55,304 bases of DNA from Thiotrichales bacterium 35-46-9. Lineage in GTDB: Bacteria; Pseudomonadota; Gammaproteobacteria; Thiomicrospirales; Thiomicrospiraceae. A program made the translations under genes and the position numbers. Location: assembly GCA_002281095.1 (NCBI GenBank), contig NCFI01000001.1, positions 1 to 55,304 on the forward strand. The letters are read 5' to 3'. Shown here one piece after another: positions 18,275-31,072 of this stretch. The notes below the pieces were generated by a model. The model saw only the letters and a list, made by a program, of their open reading frames with translations. It was not told where the DNA came from and made no database searches. Each line of letters opens with the position of its first letter. Within the stretch, counting starts at the first letter, position 1.

Positions 18275-19437
18275 GCAGCTAATGCAGTCAACAAGGATTC
18301 TATCTGCTCGACACTATGCCCAGCCGATAAGGAAACGCGCAAACGCGCTGTGCCTTCGGCAACGGTTGGCGGTCTAATGGCCGGCAACCAAAAACCCGAT
18401 TGCCACAACTTGACTTGCCAGGCTAAGGCCCGCTCATTGGAACCCAGCACAATCGGTTGAATCGGTGTGGATGAAGGCAATAAGGATAATCCCAAGGCTT
18501 GCGCTCCCTGTCGAAAAACCGCAATCAGCTCATCCAGCTTGGCTCTGGCTGCTTCGCCCACTTCACCTGACAGCAACCGCAAGGTAGCACGACTGAAACT
18601 GGCTTGGTAAGGCGGTTGGGCGGTGGTGTAAATATAACTGCGTCCCCACTGGGCAATGCTGTCTATCAATAAGCCAGAACCAGCAATAAAAGCACCACTG
18701 CTGGCAAAGGCCTTGCCTAAGGTACCCACTCGCAACACAGACGCGTCGGCAGCCTGTTGCTGATGCACAAACAAACCGCGACCTTGTTCGCCTAAAACGC
18801 CAAAGCTATGCGCTTCATCGACCACCAGCAAGCCGTCCTGTTCTGCCACTAACGGCAACATCTTGCCTAGGCATACCGAATCGCCATCCATACTAAAGAC
18901 ACCGTCGGTCACCACCATCGTCAAACCATCTGTTGGCTGCGCCAAACGTCGTGCCAGCGCTTCCATGTCATTATGCGCATAACGCTGAAAGTGAGCAGAA
19001 GATAAGCGTGCGCCATCTAATAACGAAGCATGATTCAGTTTGTCGTGATAAAGTGCATCACCGTCTTGTAGCAGTGCGGTTTGCACCGCTAAATTAGCTA
19101 AATAGCCACTCGAAAAAAGCAACACACGCTCAACACCCAACCAATCAGCCAGTTCATCTTCCAGTAAATGGTGTGGTAAATGGTGCCCTGCCAATACATG
19201 AGAAGCCGTACTTCCTGCATTGCCAGCTTCTTGGTGCAGGCCTTGCGCCAACAGGGGCAAGTCTGGCGATTCAGCCAAGCCTAAATAATCGTTACTGGCA
19301 AAATTAATGAGCCACTGACCATTAACCTGTACACGCACCCCTGGCGCACTGGTGAGCAATGGACGCGACCGCCACAAGCCCAGTTGCTGTCGCTGTTGTT
19401 GACGTTCGGTCAGTCGCTGCTGCCAACGCAATGACAT
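18244..19437 (-). CDS. bioF: 8-amino-7-oxononanoate synthase
   Basis: 397-aa PLP-dependent enzyme (FASNDYLGL, DEAHSFG, TLGKAF Lys site) immediately after bioB. Confidence 0.9.
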   Translation of the reverse strand: MSLRWQQRLTERQQQRQQLGLWRSRPLLTSAPGVRVQVNGQWLINFASNDYLGLAESPDLPLLAQGLHQEAGNAGSTASHVLAGHHLPHHLLEDELADWLGVERVLLFSSGYLANLAVQTALLQDGDALYHDKLNHASLLDGARLSSAHFQRYAHNDMEALARRLAQPTDGLTMVVTDGVFSMDGDSVCLGKMLPLVAEQDGLLVVDEAHSFGVLGEQGRGLFVHQQQAADASVLRVGTLGKAFASSGAFIAGSGLLIDSIAQWGRSYIYTTAQPPYQASFSRATLRLLSGEVGEAARAKLDELIAVFRQGAQALGLSLLPSSTPIQPIVLGSNERALAWQVKLWQSGFWLPAIRPPTVAEGTARLRVSLSAGHSVEQIESLLTALAACQREEGACV

Positions 19438-19443
19438 GGCGAC

Positions 19444-20409
19444 TTAACAACCACTCGCTGCTTGCGTTAAGCCCAGACGCTTAAACAATAAGCGGTCATG
19501 TTGTGCATCGGGGTTATCAGCAGTGAGCAATTTTTCTCCGTAGAAAATGGAGTTAGCACCGGCTAAAAAACACAGTGCTTGAGTCTCATCACTCATTGAA
19601 CTTCGACCTGCCGATAAACGTACATAAGAAGCGGGCATCATAATGCGAGCCGCTGCAATGACGCGAATAAATTCAAATGGATCGGTTTTACCGCGCATAT
19701 CGGCTAATGGCGTACCTTCAATGGGCACCAACAGATTAATGGGCACCGAATGCGGATGTTCGGGCAGGTTAGCAAAGGTACGTAATAATTGGGCGCGATC
19801 GCCCTCACCTTCGCCGAGACCAATAATGCCACCCGAACAAACTTTCATGCCCTGCTCACGCACCCGCGCTAAGGTATCCAAGCGGTCTTGGAAACTGCGC
19901 GTAGTAATGACTTGCGGATAATAGGCTTCCGAGGTATCTAGATTGTGATTGTAATAATCTAATCCGGCTTCTTTTAAGCGAGCTGCCTGATCGTCATTGA
20001 GCATACCCAGTGTACAGCAGGCTTCCATATTTAAGTCTTTGACGCCACGCACCATAGCCAGCACCAACTCGAAATCTTTTGCATTCGGATTACGCCAAGC
20101 TGCTCCCATGCAAAAGCGGGTAGCGCCACTGTCTTTCGCTGCTTTCGCTTTGCTCAGCACTTCTTCCAACTGCATCATCTGCTCTTTTTCTAAGCCAGTA
20201 TCGTAACGGGCACTTTGTGAACAGTATGAGCAGTCTTCGGCACAGCCACCGGTTTTGATATTGAGCAACGTCGAGGTTTGCACGCTATTGGCATCAAAAT
20301 GCTGACGGTGTACCGTTTGCGCTTGAAAGATCAAATCGTTAAACGGTTGTTGAAGTAGCGCTTGCACTTCTTCTAACGTCCAGTCGTGACGAATATCGCC
20401 TAATGCCAT
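19444..20409 (-). CDS. bioB: Biotin synthase
   Basis: Radical [14 protein letters not shown] motif, YNHNLDT and full-length BioB pattern. Confidence 0.95.
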   Translation of the reverse strand: MALGDIRHDWTLEEVQALLQQPFNDLIFQAQTVHRQHFDANSVQTSTLLNIKTGGCAEDCSYCSQSARYDTGLEKEQMMQLEEVLSKAKAAKDSGATRFCMGAAWRNPNAKDFELVLAMVRGVKDLNMEACCTLGMLNDDQAARLKEAGLDYYNHNLDTSEAYYPQVITTRSFQDRLDTLARVREQGMKVCSGGIIGLGEGEGDRAQLLRTFANLPEHPHSVPINLLVPIEGTPLADMRGKTDPFEFIRVIAAARIMMPASYVRLSAGRSSMSDETQALCFLAGANSIFYGEKLLTADNPDAQHDRLLFKRLGLTQAASGC

Positions 20410-20468
20410 GCTGCATTCCTTTATAATGTGCGTGTAATTGCCTATTTTACCTTAAACACGAGGCTAAC

Positions 20469-21188
20469 ATGAACTGGCTCGAAAGATTCCTGCTCCCACC
20501 CCACTGCCAACTCTGCGGTGCCACGGCAGATCAAGATGAACTCTGCGCTGGCTGCGTCGCCGACGTTCATGTCATTGATACGGCTTGTCCGCTCTGCGCC
20601 CTACCCAACGATGACCATAGCGTCTGCGCACAGTGCACCAAGCAACCACCTCATTGGCAAACAGCACAGAGTTGCTTCGTTTATGATGGTACGGTAACGC
20701 AATTGATGCGACGCTGGAAATACGGCAAGCAAGGCTCAGCAGAACGCTTGCTGTGCGAAGCTTTCTACGACTGGATTGAAGCGACCGAATTCACAACAGA
20801 AGCGACGGCCATCATTGCCGTACCCATGCATCCGCATAAATTGCGTAAGCGCGGTTTTAACACCGCCTATCAACTGGCTAGAACCGCCAGCCGCGTGCTA
20901 AAACTCCCACTGTTAGAACACGCACTAAAGCGAGACCATCTTACCGATAGCCAAGCGGGTTTGGATAAAGCGGCACGACAACAGAATTTGCTAGGCGCAT
21001 TTTCCGTTACGCCTAAGGGTTTAGCAGGACACAGACACGTTTTATTAATAGATGATGTTTACACGACGGGTGCTACTGCAATCAGTTGTGCCCAACAACT
21101 ACAAAATGCTGGTGTCATACATTTACACTTATTGACGTTGGCTAGAGCCTTACCACCTAAGCATGATGCCTTGCCATTGAGCACATAA
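20469..21188 (+). CDS. ComF-family protein (amidophosphoribosyltransferase-like)
   Basis: N-terminal Cys-rich zinc-finger-like region (CxxC x4) and a C-terminal PRTase motif VLLIDDVYTTGAT. Confidence 0.8.
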   Translation: MNWLERFLLPPHCQLCGATADQDELCAGCVADVHVIDTACPLCALPNDDHSVCAQCTKQPPHWQTAQSCFVYDGTVTQLMRRWKYGKQGSAERLLCEAFYDWIEATEFTTEATAIIAVPMHPHKLRKRGFNTAYQLARTASRVLKLPLLEHALKRDHLTDSQAGLDKAARQQNLLGAFSVTPKGLAGHRHVLLIDDVYTTGATAISCAQQLQNAGVIHLHLLTLARALPPKHDALPLST

Positions 21189-21237
21189 ATCCGTAAACTG
21201 CTCACCCAGTCGAATTTTTAAGTTAAGGAAACCAACC

Positions 21238-21549
21238 ATGAGCAACCAATTTGATCAAGTCTCTGTGACTAAAACCGCCAATGTCTATTTTGATGGCAAA
21301 TGCGTCAGTCACACCGTCACTTTTGCCGACGGCACGCGTAAAAGTGTCGGCGTGATTTTACCCTCAATACTGACATTTAATGTCGGTGTACCCGAAATCA
21401 TGGAATTACTGCAAGGTAAAGGTAAAGTCAGTATCAATGACGGCGACTGGCAAAGCTTCGAAGGTGCTTTCACCTTCTCCGTACCGGAAAATGGTAAATT
21501 TGTTATCGACGTGAGTGAAGACGTGCATTACGTTTGTCATTTTGGCTAA
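21238..21549 (+). CDS. ppnP: Pyrimidine/purine nucleoside phosphorylase (DUF1255)
   Basis: 103 aa, with the ANVYFDGKCVSHTV...G.Y.F cupin pattern typical of PpnP/YaiE. Confidence 0.85.
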   Translation: MSNQFDQVSVTKTANVYFDGKCVSHTVTFADGTRKSVGVILPSILTFNVGVPEIMELLQGKGKVSINDGDWQSFEGAFTFSVPENGKFVIDVSEDVHYVCHFG

Positions 21550-21573
21550 GCAAAGCACCGCCCAATCTTCTTG

Positions 21574-21601
21574 AAGCCGCTCCATTGAGCGGCTTTATTT
21601 T
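21574..21601 (+). terminator. Rho-independent terminator of ppnP
   Basis: 9-bp stem AAGCCGCTC / GAGCGGCTT with a CATT loop, followed by TATTTT. Confidence 0.8.
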
Positions 21602-21606
21602 GCACC

Positions 21607-22218
21607 TTACAAACTCGCCAACCAAGCGGTGACATCGTCCAATTCTTCAGGCAAAATACTGTGCGCCATCGGATAACTCGCACTGACAACCTGCCTTACC
21701 CCTAACTCGCTTAATTTCACCTTAGCGCGCTCATGCGCTGCCATAGGCACAATGTTATCGAAACGCCCATGACCTAACCAAACGGGCGTTTGTTGCTGTG
21801 CTGCAGAAACAGACACTAAAGCATCCGTTGCCGGCAACCAAGTCGATAGCCCCACAACCGCACCAACACACTGATTGCCAGACAAAGCCGCATGCAAGGC
21901 AACCACCCCACCCTGCGAAAAACCCAACAACACAATACGACTCGCATCAACGCCCAGAACCACTTGCTCATCAATCAAAGCATGAACCCTAGCAGCACTT
22001 AAGGCAATGCCTTGCTGATCGACTGGATCGGTCGGATTAAAGCCTAAAATATCAAACCAAGCGGGCATACGCATACCGATATTGGCGGTAACAGATAGCT
22101 CTGGCGCATTGGGAAACAACCAAGGCACGTCTTCCATACCCATCATCTGCTGTAAGGGCATTAAGTCGCTACCATCAGCACCCAAACCATGCAACGCAAT
22201 GACACAACTAGGACGCAT
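21607..22218 (-). CDS. Phospholipase/carboxylesterase-family alpha/beta hydrolase
   Basis: 203 aa with ALHGLGADGSD, the GFSQGG nucleophile elbow and C-terminal Asp/His region. Confidence 0.75.
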   Translation of the reverse strand: MRPSCVIALHGLGADGSDLMPLQQMMGMEDVPWLFPNAPELSVTANIGMRMPAWFDILGFNPTDPVDQQGIALSAARVHALIDEQVVLGVDASRIVLLGFSQGGVVALHAALSGNQCVGAVVGLSTWLPATDALVSVSAAQQQTPVWLGHGRFDNIVPMAAHERAKVKLSELGVRQVVSASYPMAHSILPEELDDVTAWLASL

Positions 22219-22577
22219 TAACGGGGACTCTCGAAGAAAATATACTGCGCTGTGTATTCTCCCAATTCAAAATAGACCTTTTTCTCTTCAGGGTCTTTAA
22301 CAAAATTCAGGTTTTCATCCAACACACCATAGCCAAATCGGTAAGGACGCGCCTGACCATCACTGGTACCGTAAGCAGTCGATAACTTATCCACCTGAAT
22401 GAAACGACGCACCACTTTTTCACCTGCATAGACTTCAACGACGCCATTGGTGCCTGTCCAGTTTTGAATACTACGCGAAATTTGATTTTGTGATTCTTGC
22501 GTACAAGCACTCATTCCAAAGACTAAGCCCACACCCAACAACATCATTAAAGATACGATAAGACCACGCCTAACCAT
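22218..22577 (-). CDS. Hypothetical lipoprotein
   Basis: MVRRGLIVSLMMLLGVGLVFGMSAC is a signal peptide with a lipobox. The start at 22577 gives a positively charged n-region. An alternative ATG at 22547 overlaps the ubiA stop as TAATG. Confidence 0.55.
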   Translation of the reverse strand: MVRRGLIVSLMMLLGVGLVFGMSACTQESQNQISRSIQNWTGTNGVVEVYAGEKVVRRFIQVDKLSTAYGTSDGQARPYRFGYGVLDENLNFVKDPEEKKVYFELGEYTAQYIFFESPR

Positions 22578-23422
22578 AACATCACTCCTATCCAAATATT
22601 CGATTTAAAGGCCCGAAAAGCGGCTTCTTTTTCACCCTCTCGTACCAACCAAAGTTGCCAAGCAAAGTGAAGCGCAACCAACAATACGGCTAACGACCAC
22701 AACCATGATAAAGCAAAGGCCTGACCCAGCTGAAGTAATAACCATAACATGAGCAGCATGAGTAAGGCCATGATAACGCCTAAATAACGCCCAAACAAAA
22801 TCGCTGTCGATTTAATGCCTACTTTCAAATCATCATCACGATCAACTAAGGCATACCAAGTATCATAAATGAGTGCCCATATCACCGTCACCGCAAACAA
22901 CCACCAGCCTGCAACAGGCATTTCACCCAACACCGCCACAAATCCCATCGGAATAGCCCAAGCAAAGGCTAAACCCAAAAACAGTTGTGGATAGTAAACC
23001 CAACGCTTGGTGAAGGGGTAAAGTGTCGCTAAAAAAATCGCCCCCAACGCCCACAGCAAAACCTCAAAGCGCAAGGTCAGCACCAGTAGACCGCCCAAGA
23101 GCAATAACCCGACAAATAGCATCAATGCCGCTTTAGGTGACACCTCACCACAAGCCAACGGACGATCGCAGGTACGCGCCACCGCGCCATCCCAATCACG
23201 GTCAGCATAGTCGTTAATGACACAACCCGCTGAACGCATGACAAAAGCACCAAGCACAAAAACAGCCAATTCCCATAATGGTGGAACACCTTCAGACGCT
23301 AACCATAGCGCCATTAGCGCAGGTAGCAAAACAAGATAAGTACCCACAGGTTTATCAAGGCGCATAAGGCGAAAAAAGGGGTGACCCTGCACCCCTTTTA
23401 ACCAATAAGGGAACAAAATCAC
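22547..23422 (-). CDS. ubiA: 4-hydroxybenzoate polyprenyltransferase
   Basis: LMRLDKPVGTYL..., the NDYADRDWD Asp-rich motif and a polytopic membrane profile. The GTG start overlaps the glmS stop. Confidence 0.9.
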   Translation of the reverse strand: MILFPYWLKGVQGHPFFRLMRLDKPVGTYLVLLPALMALWLASEGVPPLWELAVFVLGAFVMRSAGCVINDYADRDWDGAVARTCDRPLACGEVSPKAALMLFVGLLLLGGLLVLTLRFEVLLWALGAIFLATLYPFTKRWVYYPQLFLGLAFAWAIPMGFVAVLGEMPVAGWWLFAVTVIWALIYDTWYALVDRDDDLKVGIKSTAILFGRYLGVIMALLMLLMLWLLLQLGQAFALSWLWSLAVLLVALHFAWQLWLVREGEKEAAFRAFKSNIWIGVMLWLGVVLSYL

Positions 23423-25266
23423 TCCACCGTAACTGATTTAGCCAAGTTTCTGGGCTGATCCACATCTGTACCCCGGATGACCGCTGTATGGTAAGCCAAC
23501 AACTGCAAGGGTACAACGTATGCAACAGGCGCTAGCGAGGTGAGCTGAATTGGCAAGCAGATATTATGATAGCGTGCATGCTCAAACTCACTCGGATCAA
23601 TCATACCCGCTGCCGAGAAGACAAACAATTCACCACCTCGCGCAGAGACTTCTTCTAGGTTTGATTTCAGCTTAGCCCACAGCACATCGTTAGGCGCTAC
23701 CGACACCACCGGCATTTTCTCGTCAATCAAGGCCAAGGGACCATGTTTTAACTCACCGGCTGGGTAGGCTTCGGCATGAATGTAAGACAATTCCTTCATC
23801 TTCAATGCACCCTCTTCAGCAATCGGGTACATAAAACCACGACCCAAAAACATGGCATTATCTTTTAACGCCAATTTTTGCGCCATTTGTTGGATTTCAT
23901 CGTCTTTAGTTAATACCTGACGCAAGGTATCAGGTAAGGCGCGTAGCTCATTGACTAAAACTTGTGCTTCTTCCTCTTTCAGGTTACCTTTAGCCTTACC
24001 AATCGCCAATACCAACAACATCATTGCCACCAACTGCGTGGTAAAGCCTTTCGTTGATGCCACCGACATTTCACGACCCGCACGCGTGAGCAGTACCATA
24101 TCCGCCTCACGCACCATCGAACTTTCTGGCACGTTCACCACTGCCAGCGTCTTAAAGCCGCGTGCTTTAGCCTCGCGCATGGCGGAAAGTGTATCGGCCG
24201 TTTCACCCGACTGAGAAATAAACACCATTAGCGTATTTTTGAACATCGACGGCTGACGGTAACGGAACTCACTGGCAATCTCGACTTGGCAAGGCATATC
24301 GACCAAATACTCCAGCCAATAACGCGCCACCTCTCCCGATAAAAAGCTGGTACCGCAACCAACCACTTTAATCGCCTCAATCGAACGTAGCATGTCATCT
24401 GAATCCGGTCCTAGCAGGTTAGAAACGACACCATTAGGCAATAAACGACCTTCGAGTGATTCGGCAATCAAACTGGGTTGCTCATGAATTTCTTTGAGCA
24501 TAAAGTGACGATACTCACCCTTACTCACCGAATCATTCGTGAGATTACTTTGTACCACCGGACGCTCAGACGACTCTAATCGACGCCACTGACGATCATA
24601 AATGGTCAAGCTATCTTTCGTGATGTCAGCAACATCACCTTCTTCTAAGAAGATGAACTGTTGCGTTACCGGCAATAGTGCCATTTGATCAGAAGCGACA
24701 AACTTCTCACCAAAACCCAAACCAATCACCAAAGGACTCCCTTCACGCGCCACAATCATGCGACCAGGTATGTCTTTATTCAAAATCGCCAAGGCAAAAG
24801 AGCCGTGCAATTTAGCTAAGGTGTTTTTAACGGCCTGTAACCAATCGCCAGTTTTCTTGCTTTCTAGCGCCAGTAAATGCACCACCACTTCCGTATCGGT
24901 TTCCGACGAGAAGACCACCCCTTGCGCTTGCATGGATTCGCGCAAGTCAAAGGCATTTTCAATAATGCCGTTATGCACCAGCACAATACGATCTTCTGAA
25001 ACATGCGGATGCGCATTACGCTCCGCTGGCTTACCATGCGTCGCCCAACGGGTATGAGCAATACCATATACACCCGCAACACCTTCTTCCGCCACTAAAT
25101 CGGCTAGGTTTTGCACCTTACCCACAGCACGGGCTCGATCAATGCCCTTATCATTTAATACTGCTAAACCCGCTGAGTCATAACCACGATACTCAAGACG
25201 GCGTAAGCCCTCAATCAAAATAGGAACAACATTACGCTCCGCAACACCACCAACAATTCCGCACAT
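23419..25266 (-). CDS. glmS: Glutamine--fructose-6-phosphate aminotransferase
   Basis: MCGIVGGVAERN... N-terminal Cys nucleophile, two SIS domains and the C-terminal ...NLAKSVTVE. Confidence 0.97.
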   Translation of the reverse strand: MCGIVGGVAERNVVPILIEGLRRLEYRGYDSAGLAVLNDKGIDRARAVGKVQNLADLVAEEGVAGVYGIAHTRWATHGKPAERNAHPHVSEDRIVLVHNGIIENAFDLRESMQAQGVVFSSETDTEVVVHLLALESKKTGDWLQAVKNTLAKLHGSFALAILNKDIPGRMIVAREGSPLVIGLGFGEKFVASDQMALLPVTQQFIFLEEGDVADITKDSLTIYDRQWRRLESSERPVVQSNLTNDSVSKGEYRHFMLKEIHEQPSLIAESLEGRLLPNGVVSNLLGPDSDDMLRSIEAIKVVGCGTSFLSGEVARYWLEYLVDMPCQVEIASEFRYRQPSMFKNTLMVFISQSGETADTLSAMREAKARGFKTLAVVNVPESSMVREADMVLLTRAGREMSVASTKGFTTQLVAMMLLVLAIGKAKGNLKEEEAQVLVNELRALPDTLRQVLTKDDEIQQMAQKLALKDNAMFLGRGFMYPIAEEGALKMKELSYIHAEAYPAGELKHGPLALIDEKMPVVSVAPNDVLWAKLKSNLEEVSARGGELFVFSAAGMIDPSEFEHARYHNICLPIQLTSLAPVAYVVPLQLLAYHTAVIRGTDVDQPRNLAKSVTVE

Positions 25267-25289
25267 GCTTTCTTTAACTCCAAAAACTC

Positions 25290-26651
25290 TTATTTTTTTA
25301 CCGGACGCTGCCAAGTCGCAATCGTCACCTGTTTAGCGCGCGCTAAGGTGAGTTGGTCGTCTGGTGTATCTTTGGTAATGACTGATCCAGCACCAATCGT
25401 TGCCCCTGCACCCACCGTAACTGGAGCTACCAGTGCTGAATTAGAGCCAACAAAAGCACCCTCACCAATAACCGTACGATGTTTATTCACGCCATCATAA
25501 TTACAGGTAATGGTACCCGCACCAATATTGGCTTTTGCGCCCACACTGGCATCACCAACATAACTGAGATGATTGACCTTAGCACCGCTACCCAATTGCG
25601 CATTTTTCAACTCAACGAAATTACCAATATGCGCATGATCCTGCGTCACCGTACCTGGACGTACACGTGCAAACGGACCAACTCGCGAGTCTGCGCCAAT
25701 CGTGCAATCTTCTAACACCGAATAAGGATTGAGTTTAACACCATCACCCAAGGTCACGTTATGCAACACGCAACCAGCCCCAATAGACACGTTATTACCT
25801 AAAACAACCTTACCGGACAACACCACATTCACATCAATAGCGCAATCCATACCGACTGAAACCTCGCCACGGATATCAACACGCGCTGGGTCAATAACGG
25901 TCACTCCCGCTTTCATCAGCGCCATCACTTGTTCCGCTTGATACAAACGCTCTAAGCCAGCTAATTGGGCTTTATCGTTAACACCCAACACTTCCATCTC
26001 ACTACTGGCTTGCGTTGAGCGCACCATAAAGCCATCAGCAACCGCCATGGCAATAATGTCGGTTAGATAATATTCACCCTGCGAATTGTTATTTTGCAGC
26101 TTAGCTAGCCAACCACGTAACTGCACTCCCTTAACTGCCATAATACCGGTATTCACTTCAGCAATAGCGCGTTCAGCAGGTGTGGCATCTTTTTGCTCAA
26201 CAATACGTTGCATATTACCACTAGCATCACGCACTATGCGGCCATAGCCAGTCGGATCATCCAAATGCACCGTTAACAATGCCAACGGATGAACGTCATC
26301 CACTAAATCCACTAAGCGTGCCAAGGTACCGGTTTGAATTAACGGAACATCGCCGTAAAGAATCAAGGCTGTCTCGTCATTTTGAATATGGTCAATCGCC
26401 TGCGCCACGGCATGCCCCGTTCCCAGCTGCTGAGCCTGCACCGCCCAAACAAGCGAATGATGCTGACAAGCAGCTTGCACAGCCTCCAAACCAAAGCCAG
26501 CCACAACCACCGTCTGACGTGCCTGTAAAGACTGAGCCGTATCAATCACATGATGGAGTAAAGGACGCCCCCCTAAAGGTTGTAACACTTTAGGAAGAAC
26601 AGAACGCATACGCGTGCCCTTGCCGGCGGCAAGAATAATCGCACTGAGCAT
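25290..26651 (-). CDS. glmU: Bifunctional UDP-N-acetylglucosamine pyrophosphorylase / GlcN-1-P acetyltransferase
   Basis: ILAAGKGTRMRS nucleotidyltransferase motif and a C-terminal left-handed beta-helix hexapeptide repeat region. Confidence 0.95.
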   Translation of the reverse strand: MLSAIILAAGKGTRMRSVLPKVLQPLGGRPLLHHVIDTAQSLQARQTVVVAGFGLEAVQAACQHHSLVWAVQAQQLGTGHAVAQAIDHIQNDETALILYGDVPLIQTGTLARLVDLVDDVHPLALLTVHLDDPTGYGRIVRDASGNMQRIVEQKDATPAERAIAEVNTGIMAVKGVQLRGWLAKLQNNNSQGEYYLTDIIAMAVADGFMVRSTQASSEMEVLGVNDKAQLAGLERLYQAEQVMALMKAGVTVIDPARVDIRGEVSVGMDCAIDVNVVLSGKVVLGNNVSIGAGCVLHNVTLGDGVKLNPYSVLEDCTIGADSRVGPFARVRPGTVTQDHAHIGNFVELKNAQLGSGAKVNHLSYVGDASVGAKANIGAGTITCNYDGVNKHRTVIGEGAFVGSNSALVAPVTVGAGATIGAGSVITKDTPDDQLTLARAKQVTIATWQRPVKK

Positions 26652-26711
26652 ATAACCTCGTTATAGAATAAAATGGTGGAGCAACTCAGCTGATTGTACG
26701 CTAGCTGATGA

Positions 26712-26750
26712 CAAAAAAAAACGGGAGACATAGGTCCCCCGTTCTTTTTT
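26712..26750 (-). terminator. Rho-independent (bidirectional-looking) terminator after atpC
   Basis: A9 run, then stem AACGGGAGAC / GTCCCCCGTT (one mismatch) with an ATAG loop, then a T6 run. It lies 17 nt downstream of the atpC stop on the minus strand. Confidence 0.85.
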
Positions 26751-26766
26751 GTGCCAAGATGCGAAA

Positions 26767-27204
26767 TTAATGCATCAAGCCTTGCTTGCTCAACTGATCG
26801 CGTAAACGACCCAGCATCGCAATTTGTGCAGCGGCTTCTGCCAAAGCGTTTTGTGCGCGCGTAACGTCCAAATCGGTTTTAGCATTATCCATAGCTTCTT
26901 GTGCACGCGCCATGGCTTCTTGTGCAGCGGCTTCGTCCAGATCTTTTGCACGGAGTGCTGAATCAGCTAACACCGTTGCAACATCAGGCTGGATTTCCAA
27001 CACACCACCAGAAACATAGAAGTAACTCACTTCATCACCAGACATCACACGTACTTCACCCGGTTTTAACGTGGTGATGAACTGTGTATGGTGAGGTAGG
27101 ACACCTACTTCACCATTAGCTGCCTGAGCAAAAAAACGATCTACCTTACCAGAGAAGATTTCTCCCTCTGCACTGACGATATCCAATTGCATGGTTGCGG
27201 ACAT
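26767..27204 (-). CDS. atpC: F1 ATP synthase epsilon subunit
   Basis: 145 aa, with the LDIVSAEGEIFSG...GVLPHH pattern. Last gene of the atp operon. Confidence 0.93.
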   Translation of the reverse strand: MSATMQLDIVSAEGEIFSGKVDRFFAQAANGEVGVLPHHTQFITTLKPGEVRVMSGDEVSYFYVSGGVLEIQPDVATVLADSALRAKDLDEAAAQEAMARAQEAMDNAKTDLDVTRAQNALAEAAAQIAMLGRLRDQLSKQGLMH

Positions 27205-27216
27205 AATCTGTCCTCC

Positions 27217-28626
<1,410 letters not shown>

Positions 28627-29493
28627 TTAACCAGAAACCGCCGCTGCACCTGCAGTGATTTCTGAAATCTCTGCAGTAATGGCAGCTTGACGCGCCTTGT
28701 TGTATGCCAATTGTAGTTCTTTGATGAACTTGCCAGCGTTATCTGTCGCGTTCTTCATCGCGATCATACGAGCTGACATTTCACAAGCCACGTTCTCAAC
28801 CGTTGCCGTGTACACCATTGATTCAACATAGCGCTTCAGAAGTGCGTCCAGCACATCCTTAGCTTCTGGCTCATACAGGTAATCCCAATGACCATTAGAC
28901 GCTGAGACATCTTCTTGAGCAATAGGCAGCATACGATGCATAGTTGGCTTTTGAGTCATGGTATTAACAAATTCGTTGGACATCAGCCACAACTCATCAA
29001 TATTACCTTGCTCATAAGCATCTAACATCACTTTAACGCTACCAATCAAATCAGTCACATGAGGCTTATCTCCTAAACCGGTTTTGGTCGCTAATAAATT
29101 ACCACCAAATGATTTAAAGAATGAAGCACCCTTGCTACCAATCACGCTATAAGAAACGTCAGTCCCTGCGGTTTGCCACTCTTTAACACGACCGCTTAAA
29201 CGGCGTAGTAAGTTAGCATTCAAGCCGCCACATAATCCACGGTCCGATGTGATGACAACAACGCCAACACGTTTCACCGGACGCACAGTCATGAAAGCAT
29301 GTTTGTACTCGGGATGAGCTTTTGTCAAATGCCCGATTACACGCTTGATTTTATCCGCATAGGGACGTGCAGCATCCATACGTTGCTTGGCGCGGCGCAT
29401 TTTAGACGCCGCAACCAGCTCCATGGCCTTGGTGATTTTCTGCGTATTTTTGATACTCGCAATCTTGCCGCGAATCTCTTTTCCGCTTGCCAT
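28627..29493 (-). CDS. atpG: F1 ATP synthase gamma subunit
   Basis: [36 protein letters not shown]-terminus and the conserved C-terminal helix. Confidence 0.96.
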   Translation of the reverse strand: MASGKEIRGKIASIKNTQKITKAMELVAASKMRRAKQRMDAARPYADKIKRVIGHLTKAHPEYKHAFMTVRPVKRVGVVVITSDRGLCGGLNANLLRRLSGRVKEWQTAGTDVSYSVIGSKGASFFKSFGGNLLATKTGLGDKPHVTDLIGSVKVMLDAYEQGNIDELWLMSNEFVNTMTQKPTMHRMLPIAQEDVSASNGHWDYLYEPEAKDVLDALLKRYVESMVYTATVENVACEMSARMIAMKNATDNAGKFIKELQLAYNKARQAAITAEISEITAGAAAVSG

Positions 29494-29510
29494 GGCCTTA
29501 CCCTCTTTAC

Positions 29511-31055
29511 TTAGTAAACGCCATTAGCCTTGAAGCCTTCCACACAGGCTTTTAGGCCAGCCAAGATGTCATCATTTAGGTCGCCCTTAACGTTGATCTT
29601 GTCAGCCAAGTCTTTGTGGTTGCTATTCAAGTAAGCGTGTAATGCAGATTCAAAGGCACCCACTTTAGATACATCAACGTCATCTAAATAGCCTGAAACT
29701 GCCGCGTACAAAGAGATACCCATTTCAGCAATAGTCAATGGAGAGAATTGTTTTTGCTTCATCAATTCTGTAACGCGTTTACCACGCTCCAACTGCTTAC
29801 GGGTAGCCTCATCTAGGTCAGAAGCGAATTGCGCAAACGCAGCTAACTCACGGTACTGAGCCAAGTCTAAACGGATACCACCACCGAATTTCTTGATGAT
29901 CTTCGTTTGAGCTGCACCACCTACACGTGATACCGACAGACCCGCGTTAACCGCAGGACGAATACCTTGTGCAAACAATGAAGTTTCCAAGAAAATCTGA
30001 CCATCAGTGATCGAAATTACGTTGGTTGGAACGAATGCAGACACGTCACCAGCTTGCGTTTCAATAATTGGCAATGCAGTCAATGAACCTGTTTTACCTT
30101 TTACAGCACCGTTGGTGTAGGCTTCAACATAGTCCGCATTCACACGCGCAGCGCGCTCCAATAAACGGCTGTGAAGATAGAATACGTCACCTGGGTAAGC
30201 TTCACGACCTGGTGGACGACGTAATAACAATGAAATTTGACGATAAGCAACGGCTTGCTTAGACAAATCATCATAAATGATTAACGCATCTTCACCACGA
30301 TCACGGAAGTATTCGCCCATAGCACAACCACCGTAGGCTGCTAAGAATACCATTGCTGCTGGATCAGCTGCATTGGCCGCCACAACCGTGGTGTACTCCA
30401 TCGCACCAGCTTCTTCGAGTTTACGTACTACGTTCTTAACCGAAGATGCTTTTTGACCCATGGCTACGTAAACACAAGGAATACCTTTGCCTTTTTGGTT
30501 AATGATGGCATCGACAGCAATCGCTGTTTTACCCGTTTGACGGTCACCAATGATCAACTCACGTTGGCCACGACCAACTGGAATCATCGAGTCAATTGAC
30601 TTGATACCAGTCATCATTGGCTGGTCAACGCTTTGACGAGCAATTACGCCCGGCGCAATGCGTTCAATCGGAGACATGACGACTTCGCCTGTCAACGGAC
30701 CTTTACCATCAATCGGCGTACCCAAAGCATCAACAACACGACCCAACAATGCTGGACCTGTTGGCACTTCAAGAATGCGACCTGTACATTTAACGCGCTG
30801 ACCTTCAGCGATGTTTGTGTAATCTCCTAAAATAACGACACCTACAGAGTCGCGTTCTAGGTTCAACGCCATACCAAATACATTGTCGTTGAATTGCACC
30901 ATCTCACCATACATGACATCTGATAAGCCATGAATGCGTGCAATACCATCCGCAATGCTTACTACTACACCTTCAGAACCTGATTCTGGTGCAGCAGTGA
31001 AACCGGCGATGCGTTCTTTAATCAGACTACTGATTTCAGAAGGATTCAATTGCAT
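29511..31055 (-). CDS. atpA: F1 ATP synthase alpha subunit
   Basis: Walker A GDRQTGKT, with full-length alpha pattern. Confidence 0.98.
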   Translation of the reverse strand: MQLNPSEISSLIKERIAGFTAAPESGSEGVVVSIADGIARIHGLSDVMYGEMVQFNDNVFGMALNLERDSVGVVILGDYTNIAEGQRVKCTGRILEVPTGPALLGRVVDALGTPIDGKGPLTGEVVMSPIERIAPGVIARQSVDQPMMTGIKSIDSMIPVGRGQRELIIGDRQTGKTAIAVDAIINQKGKGIPCVYVAMGQKASSVKNVVRKLEEAGAMEYTTVVAANAADPAAMVFLAAYGGCAMGEYFRDRGEDALIIYDDLSKQAVAYRQISLLLRRPPGREAYPGDVFYLHSRLLERAARVNADYVEAYTNGAVKGKTGSLTALPIIETQAGDVSAFVPTNVISITDGQIFLETSLFAQGIRPAVNAGLSVSRVGGAAQTKIIKKFGGGIRLDLAQYRELAAFAQFASDLDEATRKQLERGKRVTELMKQKQFSPLTIAEMGISLYAAVSGYLDDVDVSKVGAFESALHAYLNSNHKDLADKINVKGDLNDDILAGLKACVEGFKANGVY

Positions 31056-31072
31056 GTTTGTTCCTCTATACC

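Noticed and set aside
20431-20460. Imperfect palindrome CGTGTAA-N15-TTAAACACG in the bioB/comF divergent region as a BirA operator
   Set aside because: The half-sites do not match the TGTAAACC-type bioO consensus well, and the arms pair only 5-6 bp with a bulge. I cannot tell from this window whether the organism's BirA has a DNA-binding domain. Left as unsupported.
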